From the NCBI GenBank assembly GCA_964636085.1, contig CAZWPQ010000013.1, forward strand, positions 1-56,921: a stretch of DNA of 56,921 bases, in the 5' to 3' direction. Below the pieces are notes generated by a model, which saw only the letters and a program-made list of their open reading frames with translations, was not told the DNA's origin and searched no databases. The first letter of the stretch is position 1; each line of letters starts with the position of its first letter. The DNA is from an uncultured Nitrososphaerota archaeon (GTDB taxonomy: Archaea; Asgardarchaeota; Njordarchaeia; Njordarchaeales; Panguiarchaeaceae). The position numbers and the translations under genes are program-made. Shown in pieces: positions 1 through 10,144 of this stretch.

Positions 1-1
1 A

Positions 2-268
2 TGTTGCTTCTTTTCTGACATCGCTCATTATTTGTATGTCTGCCCAGTCTAGGCCAAATATTTTGTTTGAGCCTGCTACGCTTCTTCCAAAGTATTCTGG
101 TTTGGGGTATAGTACTTCTCTTCCTCTTAGGGCTGCTTTTCCTACTGTACATAGTACTGGGCAGTCCTCTTGGCAGATTGGACAAATGCCATGAATCTGA
201 GCATCCTCATACCTGACTCTTAATCTAGTTCCTGTTACGTCTGAAAAACCGAGATTTGTTCTAGGCAT
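2..268 (-). CDS. FMN-binding glutamate synthase family protein, N-terminal part (runs off the left edge)
   Basis: Not in the ORF track. Manual translation from ATG at 268 (RBS GGTGA upstream) gives MPRTNLGFSDVTGTRLRVRYEDAQIHGICPICQEDCPVLCTVGKAALRGREVLYPKPEYFGRSVAGSNKIFGLDWADIQIM. The CxxCxxxCxxxC..G..A.RGREVLYP signature is typical of this family's N-terminus. Confidence 0.8.
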   Translation of the reverse strand, partial: MPRTNLGFSDVTGTRLRVRYEDAQIHGICPICQEDCPVLCTVGKAALRGREVLYPKPEYFGRSVAGSNKIFGLDWADIQIMSDVRKEAT

Positions 269-287
269 AGGGATCACCCATACTAAC

Positions 288-331
288 ATGTAAATACAAA
301 TGAAATATCTTATGTATATACAAATCAAATA
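288..331. promoter_or_regulatory. Tandem operator-like direct repeat upstream of the glutamate synthase family gene
   Basis: ATGTAAATACAAATGAAATA (288-307) and ATGTATATACAAATCAAATA (312-331) are 18/20 identical with a 24-bp period. The second copy contains the perfect palindrome TGTATATACA. Confidence 0.45.
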
Positions 332-496
332 CGTATACATTAAAAAAATATTTGTCTTTAAGCACAAGAATACCCACATTCATGATGTAGGTTGAGTAGG
401 TATGTCTATAATTAGCCATGTAAATCGCTTGATATACCGAATGGCCATTATGCGACGTGTTATTTTTAGCCATTGTACCTAAGGGATATATTAGAT

Positions 497-2137
497 TTAT
501 CTAGCCATTTTTCTCATGGTTTTCTTTTTCCACATGAACACATATATTATCACTATCACTAATAGAGGTGGTATTACATATAGGTCGAATGGATTAAGGT
601 ACGGATTGTTGGGATCCGTGTGTAGCATTATTTCTATATTGTCTGAAAACATGTCATTATCTGTATCCACATCATATGGATTTGTCCCAATATCGAGCTC
701 TTTATAGTCTTTTATACCATCAAAATCCGAGTCCAGATCTGCATGGTTATTTGTCCTTAGATAGTTACATCCCCATGCAATAACGATTCGAGATTTTGGG
801 GCCTTAAGGCATCGGAGCCTATATCCTTCCTCCCACAGATAATTTGTGGTTCCAAATATAAGCTCTAGCTTACCATCACCATCGATATCTCCACACCTAC
901 AGCCAGTGATTGGAGAGGCATTATATACGTCTATTGCCCAAACCATATTGCCAGATTTTGCGTCTATGCATAATATCTTTGTTGAGTCACACATCATAGT
1001 GCAGTTACAGTATCCATATATCGTAATTATTTCCAGCATACCGTCACCATTAATATCGGCAATTATAAAACCATAGATGTCCTCATATATTGTCGTCGTC
1101 CAAGTAGGATTTCCCTCACTATCAATGCAACAAAGATTACCACCACTCTTAACGACTATTTCGAGGGCCCCATCCATGTCTACATCAGACACTGCGACAT
1201 GGCGATATGATCCAGCCTTAATTGTAGGGATAGACCAAAGCAATCTTCCATTATGATCTAAACAATCTATATAAACCTTACCTGAACACTCGCGTAGCCC
1301 AAGGACTTCCAGTTCACCATTTCCATCTATGTCAGCAAGTATTATCTTTGAGGGGGCTTTGTCCCAAGACCATAATACTTTTCCTTGTGCACCATCTATA
1401 CAGATCAGTCTATTGTTGTCCGTCTGGTGCATTGATATGATTATGTCTTGGAATCCATCATTATTTAAATCACCTACCGCATGGCCCCGTAGGTAGGTGT
1501 TATTGAAATCACATATCCATTGAACCTGTCTTTTCTTTGGATCATATAGCATAATTCTGCATGTGTGGTTATAGTCTATGAAGTAGCCCCCCAGAACGTA
1601 TACCATTTTATCCTTTCCATTTATGCATCCACACATTTTATCTATGACCATATTCAGCTCCTCTGTATCGATGGGCTGCCCGTTTATTGGGTCGAGGATA
1701 GTGATCTCGCCTCTGGGGTTATACCGATTGAAACAGACTATCTCATCAATTCCATCATCATTTGTGTCTACTATAATGAAGGATAGTAAGCCATTCGAGG
1801 GGAAATCCCACGTAATATTTCCTCTTTCATCCATACAGATTAGATGGTACCAGTATTCTGTAGATAATCCACATTTTCCATCATTATTATGCATCAAACA
1901 GGATCCTCCACAGATTGGTGGATGTCCGTAGTTTACAAATATTTCCCATTTTCCATCATGATTTACGTCCCAGATGGCGGCATCATAAGGATAATAACTT
2001 CCGTTTTTTACCCAGTAAGTCTGTAAGTTATGCTCAGACCGACGTTTCTTCTCAGGTTCTCGTATCAAATAATTAAGCGAGGCATAGAGTAATAATATCA
2101 TAGTAAATATTGCGTATATGCGGGTTATCTTACCCAC
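497..2137 (-). CDS. Membrane-anchored FG-GAP/VCBS (PQQ-like) beta-propeller surface protein with DxDxDG Ca-binding repeats
   Basis: N-terminal hydrophobic signal, repeated D(V/I/L)(N/D)xDGxxE(I/V) motifs, DSDFDG/DTDND TSP3-like repeats, and a C-terminal TM helix with a basic tail. Likely start is GTG 2137 after GGAGG. Confidence 0.8.
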   Translation of the reverse strand: MGKITRIYAIFTMILLLYASLNYLIREPEKKRRSEHNLQTYWVKNGSYYPYDAAIWDVNHDGKWEIFVNYGHPPICGGSCLMHNNDGKCGLSTEYWYHLICMDERGNITWDFPSNGLLSFIIVDTNDDGIDEIVCFNRYNPRGEITILDPINGQPIDTEELNMVIDKMCGCINGKDKMVYVLGGYFIDYNHTCRIMLYDPKKRQVQWICDFNNTYLRGHAVGDLNNDGFQDIIISMHQTDNNRLICIDGAQGKVLWSWDKAPSKIILADIDGNGELEVLGLRECSGKVYIDCLDHNGRLLWSIPTIKAGSYRHVAVSDVDMDGALEIVVKSGGNLCCIDSEGNPTWTTTIYEDIYGFIIADINGDGMLEIITIYGYCNCTMMCDSTKILCIDAKSGNMVWAIDVYNASPITGCRCGDIDGDGKLELIFGTTNYLWEEGYRLRCLKAPKSRIVIAWGCNYLRTNNHADLDSDFDGIKDYKELDIGTNPYDVDTDNDMFSDNIEIMLHTDPNNPYLNPFDLYVIPPLLVIVIIYVFMWKKKTMRKMAR

Positions 2138-2138
2138 A

Positions 2139-4064
2139 TTACTTCCCTCCTGATAACTCTCTCTTTCTATCAACATGCAATACAATAGGGAATAGCAGTA
2201 CTGGCACACAATATACCGTAAATGGACTGATATACCATTTAATAGGATCGGTATTGAGGCGATATTCTAAACCATCATTAAACATGTCATTGTCGGTATC
2301 GGAATCATTTGGGTATGTACCAATAAAATATTCATCTATATTGCTTAAGCCATCCTCATTGGGGTCTTCATAGGCGTCATTTTTTGTTGGATTTAACCCA
2401 TACATAACCTCCCAAGAGTCCACCATACCATCACCATCCGTATCCGCATTATTTGGGTCAGAGCCGTATAAATACTCATCAAGATTATTCAGACCATCAC
2501 AATCATTATCCTCATCGGAATCGGCTACAAGAGGATCAAGCCTGTGGTGAATTTCCCAACCGTCAGGGGCACCATCGCCATCAGTATCTGGTCTAGATGG
2601 ATCCGTCCCATACGATATTTCGCTATAATCAGAAAGGCAGTCTAGATCCTTATCAACATCTAATACATTTGAAGTAGCAGGAAATCCATTGATTGCACCG
2701 CAAACTTGCCAGTATATGCGACTACCAGAGTGTTCAGGGTCGAGACAAAGTACATCCCCCCTCTGGTCACAAGCAATAACTTCGATGCTACTATCCTTAT
2801 CAACATCATATAGAAGGAGCCTATTATACAGGGACATAGGGCTTTTCGTGGAGTATTTCCATAAAACCTTATTATCAATGGGATCAAAACAATAGATAAC
2901 GCATGAACAACCCACGATCTCTAGTTTCCCATCATACTCCATATCAGCAAGAGCTACGGATAGAAAATGCGATACTATGCATGAGGAATAATAAATCCCT
3001 AGAATATTCCCATTGTTCGGATTGATGCGAATTAAACAGTAATCAGCAGGTATGATTAGGTCCTGGGAGCCTTTGCCATAGAGATCCCCAATAGCTAATG
3101 GTGCCGAAAGGTATGTGCCGGGAGCCGCCACGTGCCATATATCCTCTCCGTTGCTTAAATTTATACATTCCACTATTGTCCTTGAATTTTCTCCAGCCAT
3201 GTATATTTCTGGGAATCCATCATTATTCATATCATATAAAAGGATTGATTGATATTGCAACTCTGTTGCCTTATCCCATAGTATTGATCCATCTCTCCCG
3301 TTCAGACAGAACAATTTGTGTGGATCGGTATCATTCACGAGATCATTAACACTTAACAAAATATCTAGGCATCCGTCATGGTTAGCATCACCAGTAGCGA
3401 TAAATATGCGTCTCGATGTGTATAAAGAGATGTTTCCAAGGGTAGTATTCCATTTGATCGAGCCATTCGATCCACCAATACAATAAACAGTTAGGGGGCC
3501 ATATTCATAATTATATCTAGTGCTGTATCCGTCGACAATAATCTCTACATTTCCATCAGAATCCAAGTCACGCATTACTGACATAAAACCAGTCCAGCTA
3601 GATATACCCGCGTTTATTCTGCACTCCCATTGCTCAGATCCATCAGATCCATCAATACAATAAACAGTATTATCACTAGCCGTGATTATCTCAGGAATGT
3701 CATCGTTATCGACATCGCAGAGACCTGGGAGAAATATTCCTCCTTCGAGTTTATCGGACCATAGGATATTCCCGTTGGTTCCATCTATACAGTATAGATA
3801 GCCATGAGTCGTATATACAATGACTTCTACTTTTCCATCATTATTTACATCACCCGCAACGGGTGTTGATATTGTCATATTATTCAGCTCTACCTCCCAT
3901 AGAAGGTGCACCTCTGAGCTACTATTGTCTAACTCCCTAAATCTGCCGTCTAAGCCGATGTCTTGGCAAGCCTTTCCACCATGTAGGCTATGAAAAAGCG
4001 TTAGGAGAAATAGTAGGCTTATTGTGATGAATATCCTCCAACTTCTCGCCAAAAGAATCCCCAT
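2139..4064 (-). CDS. Membrane-anchored FG-GAP/PQQ beta-propeller surface protein with TSP3-like repeats
   Basis: Signal peptide, GDVNNDGKVEV / DLDSDGNVEI-type repeats, about 6 DTDGDG..D.WE repeats and a C-terminal TM. Confidence 0.85.
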   Translation of the reverse strand: MGILLARSWRIFITISLLFLLTLFHSLHGGKACQDIGLDGRFRELDNSSSEVHLLWEVELNNMTISTPVAGDVNNDGKVEVIVYTTHGYLYCIDGTNGNILWSDKLEGGIFLPGLCDVDNDDIPEIITASDNTVYCIDGSDGSEQWECRINAGISSWTGFMSVMRDLDSDGNVEIIVDGYSTRYNYEYGPLTVYCIGGSNGSIKWNTTLGNISLYTSRRIFIATGDANHDGCLDILLSVNDLVNDTDPHKLFCLNGRDGSILWDKATELQYQSILLYDMNNDGFPEIYMAGENSRTIVECINLSNGEDIWHVAAPGTYLSAPLAIGDLYGKGSQDLIIPADYCLIRINPNNGNILGIYYSSCIVSHFLSVALADMEYDGKLEIVGCSCVIYCFDPIDNKVLWKYSTKSPMSLYNRLLLYDVDKDSSIEVIACDQRGDVLCLDPEHSGSRIYWQVCGAINGFPATSNVLDVDKDLDCLSDYSEISYGTDPSRPDTDGDGAPDGWEIHHRLDPLVADSDEDNDCDGLNNLDEYLYGSDPNNADTDGDGMVDSWEVMYGLNPTKNDAYEDPNEDGLSNIDEYFIGTYPNDSDTDNDMFNDGLEYRLNTDPIKWYISPFTVYCVPVLLFPIVLHVDRKRELSGGK

Positions 4065-4178
4065 AAATATTCTCTATAAAAAGGATTCTTATAGTGAATT
4101 TAAGTTTTTTCCATAACCATAAATTGTTGAGAATACCGAACTAACTACTAGTACAATGGCTAACCTTGAAAATTGACT

Positions 4179-4796
4179 TTAACTTCTAGACCGTATCAGG
4201 ACAAATCCTTCTTTTTCCAATTTTTCGAGGATGTTTTTGAATCCCTCACAGAGGGGGAATCGATGCCATTGATCACATTTTCTGCATGTTTTTACGATTT
4301 TATATCCCCTTATCGCGGATAAGGTGTTTGCGAGGAAGAGATATAGTAGGATCGCTATTACTATGTTTATAGGTTTTTGGTACGGCAGTTTATTTACTGT
4401 GTATAAGATTATTAGTGTTAGTGTTGTTCCTAGGTATATTTTTGACGCTATCTTTATGGCTATATGTTTATCGAATATCTTAAATGCGTAGAGGACAATA
4501 TACATCATAGTTAGAGCGGCCAAAAATTCCCATCCCATCGAAAATATCTTTCTTGTTACATCGGTATATTTGTGTATCAATAATACGGCTAGTATTGTTG
4601 GGTATGTAAATGTGCACCCTATGCATAGCTTGTATCTGCCTATCTTGATGTAGTGACCCTCATAATGCCGACACTCGGGGTGGTGAGAAGTTGTGAATGG
4701 CATCATCGTCTTGAGGAATTTTATTGGGTGCCGAAAGATTTTTCTCCAGCGTATCTCTATTACTGGCTTTTGTTGGTCTGACCATTCTTCAGCCAT
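4179..4796 (-). CDS. Cys/His-rich membrane protein (DUF2085-like)
   Basis: HHPEC..H..CIGC motif before about 4 TM helices, and a C-terminal CxxC...C. Confidence 0.55.
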   Translation of the reverse strand: MAEEWSDQQKPVIEIRWRKIFRHPIKFLKTMMPFTTSHHPECRHYEGHYIKIGRYKLCIGCTFTYPTILAVLLIHKYTDVTRKIFSMGWEFLAALTMMYIVLYAFKIFDKHIAIKIASKIYLGTTLTLIILYTVNKLPYQKPINIVIAILLYLFLANTLSAIRGYKIVKTCRKCDQWHRFPLCEGFKNILEKLEKEGFVLIRSRS

Positions 4797-4901
4797 GAAA
4801 ACCAGCTTCCACCGTTTTGGATCTTATTTGTTACTCAAAAATCGATATTTATATCAGTTTTTTGTAATAGCATATTTTCTATTGCTTTTTGGTGCATGCT
4901 T

Positions 4902-5144
4902 ATGATTAAGGCATACATAATGATAAATGCTGGGGTTGGGAAAATTGCAAGAGTTGTGGAAAAATTGAAGAAAATCGAAAACATCGGCAATATTGCCGTC
5001 GTTGCAGGGGAATTTGATATTATTGTTAGGGTGAGAGTTAATTCCTTGGAGGAGCTTTTTGATATCACAGAAAAAATCCATGAAATTGAGGGAGTAGTGA
5101 GAACAACAACACATGTAGTCGAAAAGGAAGTTGTTAGGGAGTAG
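4902..5144 (+). CDS. Stand-alone Lrp/AsnC ligand-binding (RAM) domain protein
   Basis: KAYIMIN...VAGEFDIIVRV...IHEIEGVVRTTTHVV pattern with no HTH. GGTG RBS. Confidence 0.9.
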   Translation: MIKAYIMINAGVGKIARVVEKLKKIENIGNIAVVAGEFDIIVRVRVNSLEELFDITEKIHEIEGVVRTTTHVVEKEVVRE

Positions 5145-5154
5145 GGATCATGCA

Positions 5155-6375
5155 ATGAGGAAAAAGGCTTTGTTCTATACTCTATGTATCATGTGTGCTA
5201 TACTCAGTACACTGATTGTTATTATAGATTCTATAGCATCGGTGTATGTGGATGACATATGGGTATATGGCAACATCTCCTTTATTGCTGGCACAATCAT
5301 AAGTTTTATTATCTCTCTTTTCTTTTGCTTACCACTCAATGGCAGGCCCATAGGAAAATATATCGACCCAAACTTCTACATGATAAAGTTACCAGACAAA
5401 AAACAGCTATCTCTGTATGTTCTTATGAGTATTGGAAATGCCATATCTACTGTTGGATATTTCTACATAATTAGCGCGACTATGGACCCATCAGCTATAC
5501 TTCCATTCATGCAGCTCGTTGTGATATATCTTGTTCTAGGGGAGATTATCATAGAGGGAGATATTCCGTCATTAGTTGAGATACAGTCACTTACGGTCAT
5601 CATGTTTGGTGCTCTTCTGGCATCAATTTCACCCGAGGGGACACTAGATCTAAAAATGCTTGGCATAGTAATGACACTCATAAACGGTGGGGGGACACTC
5701 AGAATTATCGCCCAGAGAAAAATGCGCTTAATGCGTATCGATGGAAAAAGAATAGACTCCATAAATATAAGACTATGGAACCTACTCTTTTCTACAATAT
5801 TCTTCATAATGATTATAGCTGTTTTTGACCCAGAATCCATAGTAGGGGTATTTCATGTATCTACAGAACTATTAGTAATAACCATAGTTTCTATGTTGAT
5901 CACATTTTTTGCCAGAATCACATACATAAGAGCACTGGGGATAGGGAGAGCAAGTATAACCCAGGCAGTAACCTCGTCCTCTGTCATCCTTGCGATCCCA
6001 TTCACAATAATTGCAGAAAAATTGGTACCAGGAACATTAGTTGAACTCTATGCGTCGCCCCTCGTACTCCTGATAAAGATAATTGGAACAATAATGGTGG
6101 CTCTGGGTATAGCTACATTAGCACTCTCCGAGGTTAGGGCTTATATACTAATAAAAGCATCTAGGGGGCCCTGGCAAGAAATACTATGCCGAATCTCCAA
6201 AATAAGGGGGATTACCAGAGTATCCGCCCTAGCTGGAAAATTCGACTTCATAGCCAAAGTAAAAATCAGGACGCTAGGCAAGGCCTATAGATTGATCGTG
6301 AGGGAACTAGAAAAAATTAGAGGGATAGAGGACTTCCTATGGCTATCAACACTGTATGAGTGGGAGGAAGTCTAG
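5155..6375 (+). CDS. DMT/EamA-like 10-TM transporter fused to a C-terminal Lrp/AsnC ligand-binding domain
   Basis: About 10 hydrophobic helices in two EamA-like halves, then RAYILIKA...VSALAGKFDFIAKVKI...LEKIRGI. Confidence 0.75.
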   Translation: MRKKALFYTLCIMCAILSTLIVIIDSIASVYVDDIWVYGNISFIAGTIISFIISLFFCLPLNGRPIGKYIDPNFYMIKLPDKKQLSLYVLMSIGNAISTVGYFYIISATMDPSAILPFMQLVVIYLVLGEIIIEGDIPSLVEIQSLTVIMFGALLASISPEGTLDLKMLGIVMTLINGGGTLRIIAQRKMRLMRIDGKRIDSINIRLWNLLFSTIFFIMIIAVFDPESIVGVFHVSTELLVITIVSMLITFFARITYIRALGIGRASITQAVTSSSVILAIPFTIIAEKLVPGTLVELYASPLVLLIKIIGTIMVALGIATLALSEVRAYILIKASRGPWQEILCRISKIRGITRVSALAGKFDFIAKVKIRTLGKAYRLIVRELEKIRGIEDFLWLSTLYEWEEV

Positions 6376-6376
6376 T

Positions 6377-7129
6377 CTATCCACCAAATTCTGCCGCGAT
6401 TTCCGTCAGAATTATTGGCTTTAACTCTATTATGTCTTCTGCCCTATCCACTTCTAGACTCAGGATATATTGGATTTCTAGTCGTGAGACAGACTCCACA
6501 ATCATTCTTAAATTCCTTATCCTGTCCTTAATTTCCTCTCTTATTCTGTCAACTGCCTTCATAACCCTCTCTAGTGAAATTGACCTGTCAAGGGCAAACT
6601 TTATTGGATATACATAGTACTCCTCCTCGTCCTTCTCGATCCTATAATTCTGGATCTTCTTTGATGAGATATCCTTATTTGAAAGGAATACAAAACTGCC
6701 ATCAACTCGCCTGATCTTTGTATAATTTATGGACATGTCCACAACAACTCCCTCTATATCATCTATTTTAACATAGTCTCCAATGCGAATTACTCTTGAA
6801 ACTAGTACAGACGCACCTGATAGAAAATTAGAAATAGCGCTTGCCGATGCGAAGCCTATGATCGTACCCAAAATAGCACCAGCACCAACAAAATACTCCG
6901 ATGGGAACCATCGAACGCCTGCTAGAAGTACTAGGGCTACCGCTATAATTATGAATCTAAAGAAGAATTGGAGACCCTTAACAGTTTCGACCCTTACATG
7001 AAGAATTTTGGCGATTGTTTTTAGCCTCCTCGAGATGAGCCTATCTGCAATCACAGCGAAGAATATTATGGCAAATATCTTAGCTATCTCAAGATACTCG
7101 GAGGGGATAGACTCAATAAACTCAAACAT
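6377..7129 (-). CDS. mscS: Small-conductance mechanosensitive channel (MscS family)
   Basis: GAILGTIIGFAS..ISNFLSG...IRIGDYVKI..EGVV motif. Start ATG 7129 after GAGGAG. Confidence 0.85.
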   Translation of the reverse strand: MFEFIESIPSEYLEIAKIFAIIFFAVIADRLISRRLKTIAKILHVRVETVKGLQFFFRFIIIAVALVLLAGVRWFPSEYFVGAGAILGTIIGFASASAISNFLSGASVLVSRVIRIGDYVKIDDIEGVVVDMSINYTKIRRVDGSFVFLSNKDISSKKIQNYRIEKDEEEYYVYPIKFALDRSISLERVMKAVDRIREEIKDRIRNLRMIVESVSRLEIQYILSLEVDRAEDIIELKPIILTEIAAEFGG

Positions 7130-7277
7130 GCTCCTCACACATATCAAATCGAATCTTTAAAATTTGTATACAACTTACCCATAGACCAAGACTGGGAGAT
7201 ATAGATCCTTATGCCTAAGAAAAGAAAAATAAAAAGATATAATATCATCTTACCATATATAAAAAATCCACAAAGAG

Positions 7278-7589
7278 CTATGCAGCCGCTACTACAGCAA
7301 GTACTCCTAGCACGATGGCGAAGGGTATTAGCCATGAGAGGAACCAAGCAGCTATTGCTGGACCCCAGTAGTCCGTATGCCTTACCTTTATAATGTACCA
7401 CTGTATTATGCAACATGGTATCAGAGCGTTAATAAGGGCTGTAATTAATACGGACCCGAATGTCGACCTTTCCTCAGGAGTAGCCACAATCTTCAATGCT
7501 AGCCAGAGAAAGAACGCACCCAGTATAAATGATCCTATGATAAGTGCTATTAGAAAAACCCAGATCTCTACGCCCATTACTTCGGACAT
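7278..7589 (-). CDS. Small 3-TM membrane protein of unknown function
   Basis: Hydrophobic ORF with a strong RBS (GGAGAGGTGA) before ATG 7589. Confidence 0.7.
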   Translation of the reverse strand: MSEVMGVEIWVFLIALIIGSFILGAFFLWLALKIVATPEERSTFGSVLITALINALIPCCIIQWYIIKVRHTDYWGPAIAAWFLSWLIPFAIVLGVLAVVAAA

Positions 7590-7666
7590 GCATCTCACCT
7601 CTCCATAAAAGAGATAAAATCTTTTTAAAAATCGGGAGATCATAGTAATTTTATAGGCCAAAGGTA

Positions 7667-8290
7667 TTATATACGTATTTTGGTCTTTGGGTACCTCCCT
7701 AGAATTATATCTATTACGAGCGAAACAATTTTATCAATATTTTCCCTCATCACATACATAAAGCCTAGCTCTCTCTCATATCTAGAGAATAAATACAAAT
7801 ATAGACCCTTTCTGCGATTGTCTACTGGTCTATACTTCGACAATGGTAGTAGATCATAGTTCATTCCATAAAGAAATATCATTATTCCTGCATAAACATC
7901 GAACCTATACTGGATTATATGGGTTATACTCCCAAAAAGAGAGATTTTTTCTATTTTTCCTGTCGACAATTCCATACCTCTACTCATTTTGACTTTCTCT
8001 GCAAACCTCATGATAACTGTACATGCGACCCTTTCAGATTTTCCAATTTTTTCTATCTTGATTGTTCCTCTGTAAGGGCCAAGCTCAGCCTTGAAGGACT
8101 TGTTTTTTATGCCCTCCAAAAAAGCCAGTTCATACCTCCTCTCAGGGGGTATTTCTTCACTATATGATAGCACTGCGAACTTGCCACACATAAAAAGTTT
8201 ATTCTCTTTAGGGGATAGATATTTCCTCAGCATCTCTTTTGTCTTTTCTATAAATTCCTCTACAATCGAACAGGAAGGCAACAACAACAC
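7667..8290 (-). CDS. Hypothetical protein
   Basis: 207-aa ORF that fills the gap in a co-directional gene run. No motif recognised. Confidence 0.6.
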   Translation of the reverse strand: MLLLPSCSIVEEFIEKTKEMLRKYLSPKENKLFMCGKFAVLSYSEEIPPERRYELAFLEGIKNKSFKAELGPYRGTIKIEKIGKSERVACTVIMRFAEKVKMSRGMELSTGKIEKISLFGSITHIIQYRFDVYAGIMIFLYGMNYDLLPLSKYRPVDNRRKGLYLYLFSRYERELGFMYVMRENIDKIVSLVIDIILGRYPKTKIRI

Positions 8291-8342
8291 CCGTTAAAAC
8301 ATAAAAACCCAATTAATACTGCAATATAAGCATAAAAATAGT

Positions 8343-8861
8343 CTAGGATTTGTTCTCGATGATCATATCAACAAGCCTAACTACTTCATCAACAGTTTTC
8401 GCAGCAAGTATCTTATCCTCCCTTCTATCATCAATACTTTTCTCCGCCAATTTCTCGCTCCAGCCCCCAAACCCCACGACAGCTATTATTCGTTTGTCAT
8501 ACATCCATGCATATGCAAGTTCAGATAGAGTCCCACTTTTGCCACCAATAGCGATAATAACATCGCCCCCCAATACAACAATCTGATTTCTAGCCCATCC
8601 AAGCCCAGTAGGTATAGCTATATCTACGAATGGATTTGCTTCATCTTTGCTTGTAGAGGGAAGTACAGCTACTGTTATCCCACCAGCTTTTTTGGCTCCC
8701 CTGCATACAGCCTCCATTATTCCTCCCCGCCCACCTGTTAATATCACATAGCCTCTTTTTGCTAGCATTTCCCCGAGTTTTTCGGCAAATTTAAGTTCCT
8801 CTTCGTTATCGGTGCTAGAGTCCCCTATTATGCTTATGACCTTCCTCAATTTGGCATCCAC
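8343..8861 (-). CDS. TIGR00725 / LOG-family (SLOG) Rossmann-fold protein
   Basis: TGGRGGIMEAVCRGA..AGG.TVAVLP, TGLG.ARN and GGKSGTLSE motifs. Confidence 0.9.
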   Translation of the reverse strand: MDAKLRKVISIIGDSSTDNEEELKFAEKLGEMLAKRGYVILTGGRGGIMEAVCRGAKKAGGITVAVLPSTSKDEANPFVDIAIPTGLGWARNQIVVLGGDVIIAIGGKSGTLSELAYAWMYDKRIIAVVGFGGWSEKLAEKSIDDRREDKILAAKTVDEVVRLVDMIIENKS

Positions 8862-8893
8862 CTACACATCATGTGTATAGACCTAGCATGAGA

Positions 8894-10135
8894 TCATACT
8901 GAAGATAAAAGTATTGAAACATATACAACCGCATCCTTGCCCGTTTTCTCCCTAATCAATGCCCTTATTTCTGAGGGTAAATCATATGGAATGCTGGTTG
9001 AGGGAGGAATCGCTATCGTTAAGTATATATAGAACGTCTCTTCCTGCCTTATATAGCTTATCTTTAAGTCGTAGACTTGAACATCTGGATACCTTTGACT
9101 CATGAATTCTAGTATTATTTCCTCTGCCTTTTTCTCCATATTCTCAGTGTAATAATAGTTCATAGTAGATTGAGCAATCGGCATCAATACAATAAATAAC
9201 GCAAGGGAGATCACGAATAATTGCTTCTTCACAACCTTACTCGCAAGTTTTCTCTTCCTCTCCGAGACCCCTGGGCGTATACCAGTAAACCAGAAAAATA
9301 TTATACTCATAGCATTAATTATCAATATGTTTATTGCCAAAAGCATAGCCGAGCCAACAACGATCTCCGAGGCCTCATTATACCCCCTAACCAAATATGC
9401 TATTCCTATACCGACATTTGCTGCGGGGGGGACTATAGAAGCTGCGATCGCCACCCCAATGAGAGCCATGGAGACGACACTAATTACACTAAGAGCTGCG
9501 GCAATACCTGCAGCTAGGGCAAACACGACATCGACTAGTGTTGGGTGCGATCTAATATATATACTATCCGTCACAACGACAAAGGGTAATACCAGCGCTG
9601 TTATGCACCCTACTAGGATACAAAGACCCACACCTATGGCTTCAGATTTAAGGCCTTGTTTTCTTAGATCCTCTATGTTTAGTACTGTTCCCATGGAGAT
9701 GCCTAGAATAGGACCCATTATTGGTGCGATAATCATGCTGGCCACTAATATTATGATGTTATTTGCCAGTAAACTTACAGCTGCTAAAATCGCGGCTAGT
9801 GTAGTATATATAAGGTAATTTAGGTTAAGCTTGGACATCTGTATTATATCAAGGAGTATCTCCTCCCTACTGGCCCTGAGACCCCTCTCTTCACCTACTC
9901 TTGTGATACCTGTTGAATACTCAATATTATAGACCTGCAATGTTCCATAGAGTGAACCTAGTCCTACTTTCTCGAGGGCCTCGATCACGACCTCGGCTTT
10001 AGATGCAGGCACGGAAAATGTGATAAACGTATTTTTGCTGTCAGAAATATAAAAGTAGTCAACCGCTAGGTTGGCAAGAATCCCAAGTATCAAATCTTTT
10101 CTATCATTGGGAATAATGATCGTTATGCCTCTCAT
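8894..10135 (-). CDS. TIGR00341 / DUF389 family membrane protein
   Basis: ASMIIAPIMGPI and GVAIAASIVPPAA motifs. Confidence 0.85.
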   Translation of the reverse strand: MRGITIIIPNDRKDLILGILANLAVDYFYISDSKNTFITFSVPASKAEVVIEALEKVGLGSLYGTLQVYNIEYSTGITRVGEERGLRASREEILLDIIQMSKLNLNYLIYTTLAAILAAVSLLANNIIILVASMIIAPIMGPILGISMGTVLNIEDLRKQGLKSEAIGVGLCILVGCITALVLPFVVVTDSIYIRSHPTLVDVVFALAAGIAAALSVISVVSMALIGVAIAASIVPPAANVGIGIAYLVRGYNEASEIVVGSAMLLAINILIINAMSIIFFWFTGIRPGVSERKRKLASKVVKKQLFVISLALFIVLMPIAQSTMNYYYTENMEKKAEEIILEFMSQRYPDVQVYDLKISYIRQEETFYIYLTIAIPPSTSIPYDLPSEIRALIREKTGKDAVVYVSILLSSV

Positions 10136-10144
10136 ATAATCATC

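Noticed and set aside
261-473. 70-aa minus-strand ORF
   Set aside because: It covers an AT-rich promoter region and the RBS/start of the glutamate-synthase-family gene, and has no protein-like features.
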